Shown here one piece after another: positions 1-11,338 of a stretch of 64,000 bases of DNA. Source of the DNA: an uncultured Alphaproteobacteria bacterium (GTDB lineage: Bacteria > Pseudomonadota > Alphaproteobacteria > Rhizobiales > Xanthobacteraceae); assembly GCA_963831135.1 (NCBI GenBank), contig CAWHPH010000035.1, positions 8,704 through 72,703 of the forward strand, read 5' to 3'. A model generated the notes under the pieces. The model worked only from the letters and a program-made list of their open reading frames with translations, searched no databases and was not told the origin of the DNA. How positions within the stretch are numbered: position 1 is the first letter of the stretch; the number at the start of each line of letters is the position of its first letter. The position numbers and the translations under genes were made by a program.

Positions 1-63
1 TGTCTTTCGCCCCCCTCGCGAGCTGGCGGGGCTGGAACACGGCGGGAGTGGCCTCACCTTCCC

Positions 64-585
64 TCAGGTCGTCTTTATGGGGATCGCACCAAAATAGTCG
101 CTCTTGGCAATTTCAACGCCGCAATGGCGCAGAATTGCATAAGCGGCTGTGACATGGAAATGGAAGTTCGGCAGCAGAAAATGGATGAGATAATCGGCGC
201 CGTTCATGTGCCCCGTGGTCGGGCCGAGCGGGAAGCTGATCTCACGCTCGGCAGATGAGTCGATCGCCCTGCGGTCGAGCGTCTTCAGATAGGCGACCGT
301 TCTTGCCAGTCGGGCCTTGAGTTGATCGATGGTCGTCTCATCATCTTCGTAGCGGGGTGGCTCGACCCCTGCGAGGCGCGCGGAACCGTTCTTGGCGTTA
401 TCTGCCGCCACCTGTACCTGACGAGCGAGATCGAACATGTTCGGAGACAAACGCGTATGAAGAAGCACTGAGGGATCGATTTTTTTGGCGGCCGCATAAG
501 CCGCGGCTTTGTCGAGAATGGCCGACAGCGCATTGAGACTGATTTCGAAACTCGGGAGGGAGGCCTGAGAGATTGAAAACGGCAT
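64..585 (-). CDS. DUF1993 domain-containing protein
   Basis: ORF 64..648. Internal ATG at 585 (MPFSISQASLPSF...) is preceded by AAAGGA. The C-terminal pattern HFLLPNFHFHVTAAYAILRHCGVEIAKSDYFG fits my recollection of DUF1993. Confidence 0.75.
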   Translation of the reverse strand: MPFSISQASLPSFEISLNALSAILDKAAAYAAAKKIDPSVLLHTRLSPNMFDLARQVQVAADNAKNGSARLAGVEPPRYEDDETTIDQLKARLARTVAYLKTLDRRAIDSSAEREISFPLGPTTGHMNGADYLIHFLLPNFHFHVTAAYAILRHCGVEIAKSDYFGAIPIKTT

Positions 586-817
586 GGAAATGTATCCTTT
601 TGGACTTGATGAATTGCGGTGGGAAATTCGCGAGCGATTGGATAGCACAGGGAGCGATGCCGGATGGTCCCAGCCACGTACTTTACTCTACCCTTTCTAC
701 CGTCCGCGATACATCAATTTGACTGAAGCGGGATTAAAGCCGCATTGGCACGCGATAGACAGTTCGCCCAGTGAGCCATAAACTCTTAATGGTGGGGCCT
801 TCCTGGAGCGTGTCTGC

Positions 818-2584
818 ATGGCCGAAGAACGCCTCCAAAGGAGGCTCGCGGCAATTCTGTCGGCCGACGTGGTCGGGTACTCGCGCCTCATGGGTCTGGA
901 CGAGGCCGGGACCCTTTCCCGTCTGAATGCACTGAGGCGCGGGCTAATTGATCCGACGATAGCTGCCCATGCAGGACGGATCGTCAAGCTTATGGGCGAC
1001 GGGGCGCTGGTGGAGTTCGCCAGCGCTGTGGATGCTGTCACCTGCGCCATCGAGATTCAAAGACAGCTACGGGAGCACGACGCCGGTCGCCCGGAGGCCA
1101 ATCCGATCCAATTCCGGATAGGCATCAACGTCGGCGACATCATCATCGAGGGCGAGGACATCCTAGGAGATGGCGTCAACGTCGCGGCGCGGATCGAGGG
1201 AATTGCTGAACCCGGCGGCATCTCGATTTCTGAGGACGCTTGGCGGCAGGTGCAAGGTAAGGTGGCAGCCAACTTTGTCGATGCTGGGGAACAGAGCCTC
1301 AAGAACATCGCGCGGCCGGTGCGCGTCTATCGGCTCGATCTTGCGCAAAAGGTCGTGACTGCGTCCGACGTGCCGCGGCCAATGCCCGCGCAGTCTGACA
1401 AACCCTCCATTGCCGTCCTCGCCTTCAACAACATGAGTGGAGACCCGGAGCAGGAGTATTTTTCCGACGGTATCTGCGAGGACATCATTACCGATCTTTC
1501 GAAGTTGTCGGAGCTGCATGTTATCGCGCGCAATTCTAGCTTTACCTACAAGGGCAAGCCTGTCGACGTGAAGCAAGTTGGGCGCGACCTCGGCGTGCGC
1601 TACGTGTTAGAAGGCAGCGTGCGCAAGGCAGGCAACCGGGTGCGCGTTACCGGTCAGCTTATCGATGCTGCGAGCGGCGCTCACATCTGGGCCGAGCGCT
1701 TTGATCGCGATCTCACGGATATCTTCGCCGTGCAGGACGAGCTCACACAGGAGATCATTGCTGCGCTCAAGATTAAGTTGAGCGCGCCTGAAAAAGCACG
1801 GATCGCCGGAGGCGGCACCAAGAACGTGGACGCCCACGACTTCTTCCTGAGAGGGCGCGAGTTGGTGATCGGCAACAAAAGAGACCGCGAGATGTTCGCT
1901 GAGGCGAACGTGTATCTCCGTCGCGCCATCGAGCTCGATCCGAACTATGCCGGCCCCTACGCGGCTCTCGGCTGGGCGTACATAATGGATTATCAGAACC
2001 GCTGGAGCGACAGTCCCGAGACGTCATTGGACCAGGCCGAACGTCTTATCGACGAGGCGATTGCCAAAGACAACAAGGACCCTTTTGTGCATTACGTCGC
2101 TGCCCTACTTGGCCTATGGAAGAAGGATTACGAGCGATGGGCCCATGAGGCCGACAGGGCCTTATCACTCAATCCAAACTACGGGCACGCGCACCTTGCT
2201 CGAGGCCTAGTGCACGTCTATTCGGGTGAGCCCGTCAAAGGCATCCCCTACATCGAGCAAGCGATGCGCCTTGACCCAGCCCAGCAACAGTACAGACATT
2301 TCCTTGGCACCGCCTATCTCGTGGCCGGCAATTATGAGACCGCAGCAGCGATACTTAAAGAACGTGTCGCGATAACTCCGACCACGGATTTGTCGCGCGC
2401 CTTGCTGGCATCAGCATTGGGCCATTTGGGTCGCGCCGAGGAAGCTCGCCAGATCTGGCGCGAGCTTAAGGAGATCAATCCACGATACTCTTACTCAGAC
2501 CATTTTGGCCGACTGCCGTTTAGAAATCCCGCGGATGCTGATCAACTCACCGAAGGCCTGCGCAAGGCGGGCCTAGTGGAGTAA
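818..2584 (+). CDS. class III adenylate/guanylate cyclase fused to TolB-like and TPR repeat region
   Basis: 588-aa ORF. N-terminus LAAILSADVVGYSRLMG...KLMGDGALVEF...RIGINVGDII is a typical cyclase homology domain. The C-terminal half has TPR-like repeats (LDPNYAGPYAALGWAY, LNPNYGHAHLARGL). Confidence 0.85.
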   Translation: MAEERLQRRLAAILSADVVGYSRLMGLDEAGTLSRLNALRRGLIDPTIAAHAGRIVKLMGDGALVEFASAVDAVTCAIEIQRQLREHDAGRPEANPIQFRIGINVGDIIIEGEDILGDGVNVAARIEGIAEPGGISISEDAWRQVQGKVAANFVDAGEQSLKNIARPVRVYRLDLAQKVVTASDVPRPMPAQSDKPSIAVLAFNNMSGDPEQEYFSDGICEDIITDLSKLSELHVIARNSSFTYKGKPVDVKQVGRDLGVRYVLEGSVRKAGNRVRVTGQLIDAASGAHIWAERFDRDLTDIFAVQDELTQEIIAALKIKLSAPEKARIAGGGTKNVDAHDFFLRGRELVIGNKRDREMFAEANVYLRRAIELDPNYAGPYAALGWAYIMDYQNRWSDSPETSLDQAERLIDEAIAKDNKDPFVHYVAALLGLWKKDYERWAHEADRALSLNPNYGHAHLARGLVHVYSGEPVKGIPYIEQAMRLDPAQQQYRHFLGTAYLVAGNYETAAAILKERVAITPTTDLSRALLASALGHLGRAEEARQIWRELKEINPRYSYSDHFGRLPFRNPADADQLTEGLRKAGLVE

Positions 2585-2961
2585 CACGGCGGGCCTTAAC
2601 CCGCATGTCGGCTCATGGCCCTTCTCTGACCTCAGGCGAGGTCTGAGTTGAGTCCGCAAAGCGTGGAATAGCGGACACTGCTCGCGGGCGTCTCTCAAGG
2701 GGCGCACTGTGACCGTCGCAACTTGCCCAAAGATCGAGATTGTGACGCGGCTCTGGGGATTCCATCCATCATGGTTTGTTCACGACGATGGATGCACTTG
2801 GTCGGCAGTCTGTGGCAGACAGACTATACAAAAAACCCCTTCGGCGACCGATGTCAGAAGACCAATAATTCCAAGGACCGTTAGTCCCCCGCAGATCCAT
2901 ACGACAAACATTTGAATCCAGTATGGCCTCCAGGTATGATCCACGTGCATAGGGGGTGAGG

Positions 2962-3585
2962 ATGGAGAAGCGGGCCGCAATCTACGTTCGCGTATCTACT
3001 GACAGGCAGACCATTGAGAACCAAATCCGCGAGCTACGTCGGATCGCCGAGCGCAGGGGCTGGGAGGTCGTCCGCGAATACCAGGATGCGGGAGTAAGCG
3101 GCGCCAAAGGACGAGAGGCCCGGCCTGGGCTGGACGAGATGCTCAAAGACGCGCAGCGGCGTCGGTTTGACCTTGTGATGGCTTGGGCAATCGACCGACT
3201 GGGCCGCTCCTTAATCGACCTGCTGGGTACAATACAAGCGTTGGAGGCATGCGGCGTCGACTTGTACCTCGACCAGCAATCGATCGACACGACCACGCCG
3301 GCCGGGCGGCTTATGTTTCAGATCACAGGAGCCTTTGCGGAGTTTGAACGGAGCATGATCCGCCAGCGAGTCCGCGCCGGACTAAAAAGGGCAGTGGAGA
3401 GCGGTAAGCAGCTTGGTCGGCCCAAGATCGACCCCGCCATGGAGAAGCTTATACAAGCTCAATTGCGAGCCAAAAAGGGCATGCTGGCCATAGCGCGGGA
3501 CCTCAAGGTCGGGACAGGTACCGTGCAGCGAGTTAAACGAGAAATGGAGGCGGCCGGCCCTTTCGGCGACGCCGCAGCCGCGTGA
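2962..3585 (+). CDS. serine recombinase (resolvase/invertase family)
   Basis: AAIYVRVSTDRQTIENQ catalytic-serine motif. C-terminal HTH (MLAIARDLKVGTGTVQRV). GGGGGTGAGG lies upstream of the ATG at 2962. Confidence 0.9.
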   Translation: MEKRAAIYVRVSTDRQTIENQIRELRRIAERRGWEVVREYQDAGVSGAKGREARPGLDEMLKDAQRRRFDLVMAWAIDRLGRSLIDLLGTIQALEACGVDLYLDQQSIDTTTPAGRLMFQITGAFAEFERSMIRQRVRAGLKRAVESGKQLGRPKIDPAMEKLIQAQLRAKKGMLAIARDLKVGTGTVQRVKREMEAAGPFGDAAAA

Positions 3586-3773
3586 GGCGATCCTGAGTTT
3601 CGCAGGTGTCCGGCTCGGCGAGCGCAGCGAATAGAGCCCGGTCCAGCGCAGCCTTACGCACCAAGCTTCGTCATTTCGATAAATTTCTGTACAACTTTTG
3701 AATTTACAAGATTGCGGTGGGACGGAAATCACGCGACGCATAAGGAATCCACGAGGACAAGCAGAGGAAGACG

Positions 3774-6520
3774 TTGAACGCCGTTGAGATTGAGCAAGCG
3801 ATTTCCGTCCTCGCTGAGCAGCCCTTCGATGCTCAGGAGTTTCCGTTTGCCTTCCTCGAAGCCTTCGGAAATAAGCCGACGACGATCAAGCGGCTGCGCT
3901 CGGGTGCGTCGAACAGGTCAGACCTGGGCGGCGTTCTTCAGACGAACAACATCCACATCGTGACCTCCCGGCCCGGCGAGGTGACGAAGACCCTTGCCGC
4001 GCTGAAGGCGAGCCCCGCTACTGCTAAGGCAAAGGCGCGATTCATCCTCGCGACCGACGGGGCGGACTTCGAGGCTGAGAACCTGGAGGCTGGCGAAACA
4101 GTCGCCTGCGCCTATCGGGACTTCCCAGACCATTTCGGCTTCTTCCTGCCGCTGGCCGGGATCACCACCGTCAAACAGGTCCGCGAAAGCTCCTTCGACA
4201 TCAGGGCGACAAGCCGTCTGAACCGACTCTATGTCGAGCTTCTGGAAGACAACCCCAAATGGGGAACCGCTGAGCGCCGGCACGACATGAACCATTTCAT
4301 GGCGCGGCTGATCTTCTGTTTCTTCGCCCAGAGAACAGACATCTTCATCGGAGACGATCTGTTCACGGCCACGATCGAGCAGATGAGCGCGAGGGACTCG
4401 TCCAACACCCATGAAGTGATTGGCGAACTATTCCGCGCGATGAACACCAAGATTGAGAATCGGGCGAGCGCCAAGATATCCCGTTGGGCAGACGCGTTTC
4501 CTTACGTGAATGGTGAATTGTTCTCGGGCAGTATCGACGTGCCCCGCTTCAGCCGGATCGCGCGCTCCTATCTCCTCCATATCGGCGGTCTGGATTGGAC
4601 AAAGATCAACCCTGATATCTTCGGCTCGATGATCCAAGCGGTCGCGGAGGACGAGGAGCGCGGCGCGCTGGGCATGCACTACACCAGCGTGCCGAACATC
4701 CTGAAAGTGCTCAATCCGCTGTTCCTCGACGACCTGCGCGCGCGGCTGAAGGAGGCGGGGGACAACCCCCGCACGCTGCTTAACCTGCGCAAGCGAATAT
4801 CGAAGATCAGGGTCTTCGATCCGGCCTGCGGCTCGGGCAACTTCTTGGTGATCGCCTACAAGGCAATGCGGGAGATTGAGGCCGAGATCAATAAGCGGCG
4901 CGGCGAAGCGGACCGCCGTACCGAAATCCCACTGACCAACTTCCGTGGGATCGAGCTGCGCGACTTCCCGGCCGAGATCGCGCGCCTCGCCCTCATCATC
5001 GCGGAATTTCAATGTGATGTGCTCTATCGCGGACAGAAGGAGGCCCTGGCCGAGTTTCTACCGCTCGACGCAGAGAACTGGATCACCTGCGGCAATGCGC
5101 TGCGGCTCGACTGGCTCAGCATCTGCCCACCAACAACGACTGGCGTAAAATTGCAATCCGATGACTTGTTCAACACACCATTGGATCAAGCGCAGATCGA
5201 TTTTCAGAATGATGGGGGAGAGACCTACTTCTGCGGAAATCCGCCATTCACGGGTACGCGCAAACAAACCGATGCGCAAAAGAGCGACTTGCAATTCGTC
5301 CTTTCTCAATTCACCACAAAGTGGAAAAATGCCGACTATGTAGGCGCGTGGCTAGTCAAAGCCGCTCAGTACAATGCGCATTGTCGTGCACCATTCGCCT
5401 TCGTCGCTACCAACAGCCTCTGCCAAGGGCAACAGGTTCCTATAACGTGGACGGTGCTGAGAGATTTGGGCTTCAGAATACGTTTTGCGTGCACATCTTT
5501 CATTTGGTCGAATTTAGCCAAGAACCGCGCTGGCGTGACAGTGATAGTTGTTGGCTTAGACGCTGGTGCGTCGGGTGAGCGATATCTGATAGCCGGGGAG
5601 AACAAGCGCGTCGTTGATAATATCAATCCATATCTGACTGAGCACAAAGTCGATGTGGTATCTCCGTCACGCCGCCCCCTGTTTGTGCCGGTCGCGATGG
5701 ACTATGGCGTTTACTATTCCAAATCGGCTGGTTTGATTTTGCAGCCAGAGGAAGCACGCAAGCTCATTCAGGACGGCTTGCCCACTGACTTAATAAAGCG
5801 GTTCCTCGGGTCGAGCGAGTTTATCAATGGTATAGAACGGTTATGTCTCTGGCTAGATGATGATACCCTGCATGTCGCCGATCAATTTCCAGAAGTTCGA
5901 CGGCGGATTGAGACGGTCCGCAATGATCGCTTAGAGACGGAGGATGCTGCGGTCAACAAGCTGGCGGATAGGCCACATCAGTTCGTGAACGCAAAGGCGA
6001 GGAACAGAAGAAGATTCTCATACCAATCGTGTCGTCTGAAAATCGAGAATATCTCCCGGTAGGGTTGGCGGACGGCAGTGTTATTCCGACTAACAAGTCA
6101 TTCTATATTGGTGATGGGCCATTGTGGTGCTTGGCGATCCTATCTTCTAGGCTCCATCTGACGTGGATCGCTGCAATTTGCGGGCGTTTGCGCTCCGACT
6201 ATTCCTATTCAAACACGCTCGGTTGGAACACGTTTCCTCTGCCTAATCTCACGGAAAAAAACAGGCAGGATATGACTCGATCCGCAGAAGAGATCGTCCT
6301 CAGACGTGAAATGCACTTCCCCGCATCTTTGGCCGATCTGTATGAAGTTAAAGATGGTGTGAGCCGGATGCCCGTTGACCTACGTGAGGCGCATGAACGG
6401 AACGACGAGGTGCTGGAACGCATCTATATCGGCCGCCGGTTTCGCAACGATACTGAGCGGCTAGAAAAGCTGTTCGAGCTTTACACCAAGATGATCGCGT
6501 CCAAACGGCAGCCCGCATAG
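3774..6520 (+). pseudogene. MmeI-family type IIL restriction-modification enzyme, one reading-frame break near 6000-6010
   Basis: ORFs 3774..6062 and 6029..6520 join to about 915 aa. N-terminus AISVLAEQPFDAQEFPFAFLEAFGNKPTTIKRL. Motif I FDPACGSGNFLV, motif IV GNPPF. C-terminal SSENREYLPVG...YSNTLGWNTFPLP continues in another frame. Confidence 0.8.
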
Positions 6521-6560
6521 ACGGGCCATCAGGACACAGACCTTTGAGGTGGGTTCTTGA

Positions 6561-6950
6561 ATGCATAAATTCGAGTGGGACGAGGACAAGAACGCGGAAA
6601 ATCTCGCCAAACACGGCATTTGTTTCGAAGAAGCCGCTACGATCTTCGAGGGACCGGTTTTTACGCTCGATGATGAAGGGTCGCACGAGGAGGTCCGCGA
6701 GCGAAGTTACGGACTCATCAATGGGATTGCAGTAATCTGTGTCATACATACCGATCGGGGCGGAGCGACACGGATCATCAGCGCGCGAAAGGCCACCAAA
6801 CACGAACGGGAACTTTTCAATGCCTATCTCAAAAAAGCGTGCAGCGAAATCGAGGCGATAGCCGAGAACGACATCGATACCTCGGATATCCCCGAGGCGG
6901 GCGAGGAGTTTTTCAAAAAGGCCAAGCTCGTGTTGCCGGGGGACTTCGAA
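6561..6950 (+). CDS. brnT: BrnT (DUF497) toxin read in frame into an N-terminal BrnA-antitoxin-like stub; no stop before the helicase remnant
   Basis: MHKFEWDEDKNAENLAKHGICFEEA...RIISARKATKHERELF is BrnT-like. The following ENDIDTSDIPEAGEEFFKKAK resembles only the start of BrnA. The frame stays open to 7976, which is an artefact of overlapping decayed genes. Confidence 0.7.
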
Positions 6951-6989
6951 CCTCCTCTCACTCGGGTGCGCGTGCCGCCGGTAGCTCGA

Positions 6990-9048
6990 CAGGCAGCTTC
7001 ATCGTACCCTCCATTTCGGTTTCCTACGCCCGCAACGGCAGCTCGACCAAGGCCAACGCGCTCGGCATGCGGCCGATGCAGGAGCGCGCCTATGAACGTC
7101 GCGGCGAGCAGTATCTTCTCATCAAATCGCCGCCCGCGTCAGGCAAGAGCCGCGCGCTCATGTTCATCGCCCTCGACAAGCTCGCGCAATCAGGGCCTCA
7201 AGCAGGCGATCATCGTCGTGCCGGAAAAAACCATCGGCGCGAGTTTCCATGACGAGCCGCTGACCAAGTTCGGCTTTTGGGCCGACTGGACGGTTCGAGC
7301 CGAAATGGAATCTCTGCGATGCACCCGGCGCGGACAACGGCGGCAAGGTCAATTCCGTCGGCACGTTCCTCGACAGCGACGACAAGGTGCTGGTCTGCAC
7401 CCACGCGACCTTCCGCTTCGCCGTGGACAAGTTCGGCGTCGAGAAATTCGACGACCGGCTGATCGCCGTGGACGAGTTCCACCACGTCTCCGCCGACCCC
7501 GACAGCAAGCTCGGCCAGCATCTCGGCCAGTTCATCGCCCGCGACCGGGTGCATATCGTCGCCATGACCGGCTCCTACTTCCGGGGCGACGCCGATGCCG
7601 GTGCTGGCCCCGCAGGACGAAGCGAAGTTCGATACCGTCACCTACACCTACTATGAGCAGCTCAATGGCTACGAATATCTCAAGCAGCTCGACATCGGCT
7701 ATTTCTTCTATTCCGGCTCCTATGCTGACGACATCCTCAACGTGCTCGACCCGGCTGAGAAAACGATCATCCACATCCCGAGCGTCAATTCGCGCGAAAG
7801 CACGAAGGACAAGATCAGGGAGGTCGAGCACATCATCGAGGCGCTGGGCGACTGGCAGGGGACCGACCCCGCGACCGGCTTCCAGTTGGTCAAGACGCCT
7901 GACGGCCGCGTGCTCCGCATCGCCGATCTGGTCGATGACGACCCTGCCAAGCGCGACCGCGTTTCCGCCGCGCTGAAAGACCCGGCACAGAAGAACAACC
8001 GCGATCATGTGGACATCATCATCGCGCTCGGCATGGCGAAGGAAGGCTTCGACTGGATTTGGTGCGAGCATGCGCTGACGGTCGGATACCGGTCGAGCCT
8101 CACCGAGATCGTGCAGATCATCGGCCGTGCGACCCGCGACGCGCCGGGCAAGACCCGCGCCCGCTTCACCAATCTGATCGCCGAGCCCGACGCCTCCGCG
8201 GAGGCCGTTACCGAGGCGGTGAACGATACCCTGAAGGCCATCGCCGCCAGCCTTCTGATGGAGCAGGTGCTCGCGCCGCGCTTCGAGTTCAAGCCGAAGA
8301 ATCCGACACAGCGGTCCGACTCCAGGCTTCGACTACGGCGAAGGCGGTTACGATCCCAACAAGTGCAATGTCGGCTTCAACGAGGAAACAGGACAGTTCC
8401 AGATCGAGATCAAAGGATTGGCTGAACCCAAGAGCAAGGAAGCGGCGCGCATCTGCCGCGAGGATTTGAACGAGGTGATTGCCGCCTTCGTTCAGGACAA
8501 GACCGCCATCGAACGCGGCCTCTTTGACGAGGAGCTGGTGCCCGAGGAACTGACGCAGGTTCGCATGGGCAAGATCATCAAGGACAAGTATCCCGAACTC
8601 GATGAGGAGGACCAGGAGGCGGTGCGCCAGCACGCCATCGCCGCCCTCAACCTGACGCAACAGGCCAAGCAGATCGCCGCGTCGAAGGCGGCGAATACCG
8701 AAGCAGAGCGCCAACACCGCCCTGATCGACGGCGTGCGCAAGTTTGCCATGGACGTGCGCGAACTGGATATCGACCTTATCGACCGGATCAATCCGTTCG
8801 GCGAAGCCTACGCTATCCTCGCCAAGACAATGAGCGAGGACAGCCTGAAACAGGTGGCGGCAGCGATTGCCGCCAAGCGCACCAGCCTGACGCCAGAGGA
8901 AGCGAAGGACCTCGCAGTACGCGCTGTCAAGTTCAAGAAGGAGCGCGGACGGCTCCCTTCGATCAGCTCGCAAGACGCATGGGAGAGGCGGATGGCCGAA
9001 GGCGCGGCCGCCTTCGTCCGCTTCAAGGATGAGGGGCGCTATGAGTGA
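6990..9048 (+). pseudogene. DEAD/DEAH-type (SF2) helicase, no start codon and at least five frame changes
   Basis: Pieces in three frames: SFIVPSISVSYARNG...LLIKSPPASGKSRALMF (Walker A), LIAVDEFHHVS (DExH), TEIVQIIGRATRD (motif VI). Frame changes lie near 7187, 7297, 7592, 8320 and 8700. Stop at 9046-9048. Confidence 0.75.
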
Positions 9049-10247
9049 CCTCGACCTCGACGAACTGCGCTCCGAACTCGACGACTTCGCCCAGTCGGAG
9101 AAGAAGGGCGGACGCTCCCCGCGCGAGGAGCGCATCATTGCCGGGTTCGATGAGATACAGCGGTTTGTCGAGAAATACGGCCGCGCCCCGCAGCATGGGG
9201 AAGATCGCGACATTTTCGAGCGGCTTTACGCCGTGCGACTCGATCGTCTGCGCGCGCTTCCGGAATGTCGTTCGCTTCTAAAGCCGTTCGACCATCAAGG
9301 GCTATTAGCCGGGGCGGAGGGCGCTGCCGTCGAGCCGGAGGAGACGATTGACGAGGACGAGTTGCTTGCCGAACTGGCCGGCGCGGCAGGCTCATCCGAC
9401 ATCACCGAGCTTCGCCATGTCCGTACCAGCGCCGAGAAACGCGCTGCCGAGGAGATTGCCAACCGGCAGAAATGCGAGGACTTCGATCGCTTCAAGCCGA
9501 TCTTTGAAAAGGTTCAGCAGGAGATCGTATCTGGCGTCAGAGCAGACACGCCCATTCGAATTAAAGGCGGAGATCAGGCCCGGTAGCTTGTTTATTGTCG
9601 GCGGACAGAAAGCTTATGTCGCCGAGATGGGGGAGGTTTTTACAAACGCGCAAGGCCGCTCGGACGCCCGTCTTCGCGTGATCTTCGATAATGGCACCGA
9701 GAGCAATTTGCTTATGCGCTCGCTTCAGCGGGCGTTGCATAAGGATGAAGCGGGTCGACGGATTACCGATCCCTTTGCCGGTCCACTTTTTTCCGACGAG
9801 TACACGGCGGACGATCAGGCGGCGGGTACAATCTATGTGCTGCGAAGCAAGTCTGAACATCCAATTATCGCGGCGAACCGCGACCTCGTGCACAAGATCG
9901 GCGTAACAAGCATGCGCGTCGAGCAACGCATCGCAGGTGCGAGACTTCAGCCGACATTTCTCATGGCAGATGTCGAAGTAGTCGCTACGTATGAGCTATA
10001 CAACATTAGTCGCACGAAACTGGAAAAGCTGATCCACCGGGTGTTTGATCCGGCGCGTCTCGATATTGAGATTAAAGACCGCTTCGGACAGCCGGTTGTC
10101 GTAAGAGAATGGTTCCTCGTTCCGCTGTTCGTAATAGATGAAGCAGTCAAAAAGATTAGGGATGGCACAATTCCCGGCTTTAAGTACGACCCGAAATCAG
10201 CCTCCTTGCTAGATGTCTCGGATCGTAAAGAGCATCGAGCGCTCTAA
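9029..10247 (+). pseudogene. GIY-YIG nuclease family protein with T5orf172/MUG113-type domain, one frame break near 9545
   Basis: ORFs 9029..9586 and 9348..10247. The ATG at 9041 overlaps the helicase stop (ATGAGTGA). C-terminal GTIYVLRSKSEHP...HKIGVTS...EWFLVPLFVIDEAV fits T5orf172. Confidence 0.75.
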
Positions 10248-10681
10248 CGCTTGTGCGGCTGACCGATGCCGAAAGAGCAACGATGCTTGAGGCCGACGGA
10301 TTAGCTTGAGCTGCTCCGCCACGCTTGAATTTGTCGGTGCCAAAGAGTGCCCGTGTCATCACCGCGCTCAATTACCCCACTACGACAAGCGGTGCGACAT
10401 TTTCCATCGAGGAGAAGGTGATAAGACCGATGCGCTCAGATTTTCGATGCGGTCACATCCGCGCTATTACGAGCCAGAGCCCGCTTCGTGACGGCCGCGG
10501 CCGGCGCGCGGTGCTACTGACCCCGTCCCTGGAGAACAATGTCGATTGGGATGTGCGCGCTGATCCGAAAAAGTTAGGATAGCCGTGGCGCGGGGCCGGG
10601 TGGCCACCCGTCACACCTCACCACCGCCGAGGTGCCGCTCCGCGCCGACCTTTATTCGCCGGCGGTGATGGCGGTGCTCAA

Positions 10682-11251
10682 GTGGCAGTCCGAGAGAAAG
10701 CGAGCCAACGTAGCCCGAACGTGAAACGCAGTCCGCGACCGCCTTGGGGCAATCTACTGGGCGGGAAACCGATTGAGCGTCAATTTTGGGTCTTTGGAAA
10801 GAAAATCGCCCGTCCCGAGCAGCGCTTGCGTGCGCGGCAATACGCCAAAATGCAGGAGCTTAAGCGGCACTATGGGATAGTCGGCGGGGACTATGGTTTC
10901 CCGATCGAGGGGGTCGCTCCAGCCGAATGGTTGCCCTGGTATGAACTCGCGTTAGCCATTGCACGTGACTTGGACCGCAGTTTGCAAATCGTTGATGCTC
11001 CTAAGCCCGGAAAAACGGCTGCGCGCTGGCGCGGCGGCCGGGAGGGAGCGGTGTTGTTGGAGATGGTCGAATTCGAATTGGAGCGCACGGCGCACCAGAA
11101 CCGAAGTCTGCGGTGGATTTTGGACCGACTGCGAAGGCGATTTCCTGAAATAGGCAAAATTCCACTTAACGAGCTTGTTGCGCGCTACTACGACGCCAAG
11201 AGTTACAGGGACAATACGAAGCGGTCAGACAAACGGACGCTCACTTCGTAA
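10682..11251 (+). CDS. hypothetical protein
   Basis: 189-aa ORF with a non-ATG start and no recognised domain. Confidence 0.4.
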   Translation: MAVREKASQRSPNVKRSPRPPWGNLLGGKPIERQFWVFGKKIARPEQRLRARQYAKMQELKRHYGIVGGDYGFPIEGVAPAEWLPWYELALAIARDLDRSLQIVDAPKPGKTAARWRGGREGAVLLEMVEFELERTAHQNRSLRWILDRLRRRFPEIGKIPLNELVARYYDAKSYRDNTKRSDKRTLTS

Positions 11252-11338
11252 TTGTTTTTTTGCTTCGAACCTTCTAACGCGGCGCACCTTTCAGTATTTT
11301 GAGCCACAAGCGCGCAATTGCGCTAACTGGAGGTTTCA

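Noticed and set aside
818-2584. Cyclase-TPR protein as a Pycsar-like or other defence cyclase
   Set aside because: The architecture (class III cyclase + TolB-like + TPR) is, as far as I recall, a common signalling protein in this group. No effector gene is adjacent.
2585-2960. Left att repeat of the 2.6-12.6 kb island (a copy of the tRNA 3' end)
   Set aside because: Visual search of 1-3000 found no convincing match to tggagcgggcgatgggaatcgaaccc. The boundary is left undefined.
6561-7976. 471-aa ORF that looks like one large protein
   Set aside because: Only the first ~90 residues (BrnT) and a short BrnA-like stub are recognisable. The rest is arginine/proline-rich out-of-frame read-through of the helicase pseudogene.
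10250-10680. Gene remnant between the GIY-YIG gene and ORF 10682 (85-aa ORF 10325-10582)
   Set aside because: No recognisable motif and no clear start context. It may be degraded sequence, but I cannot support a call.
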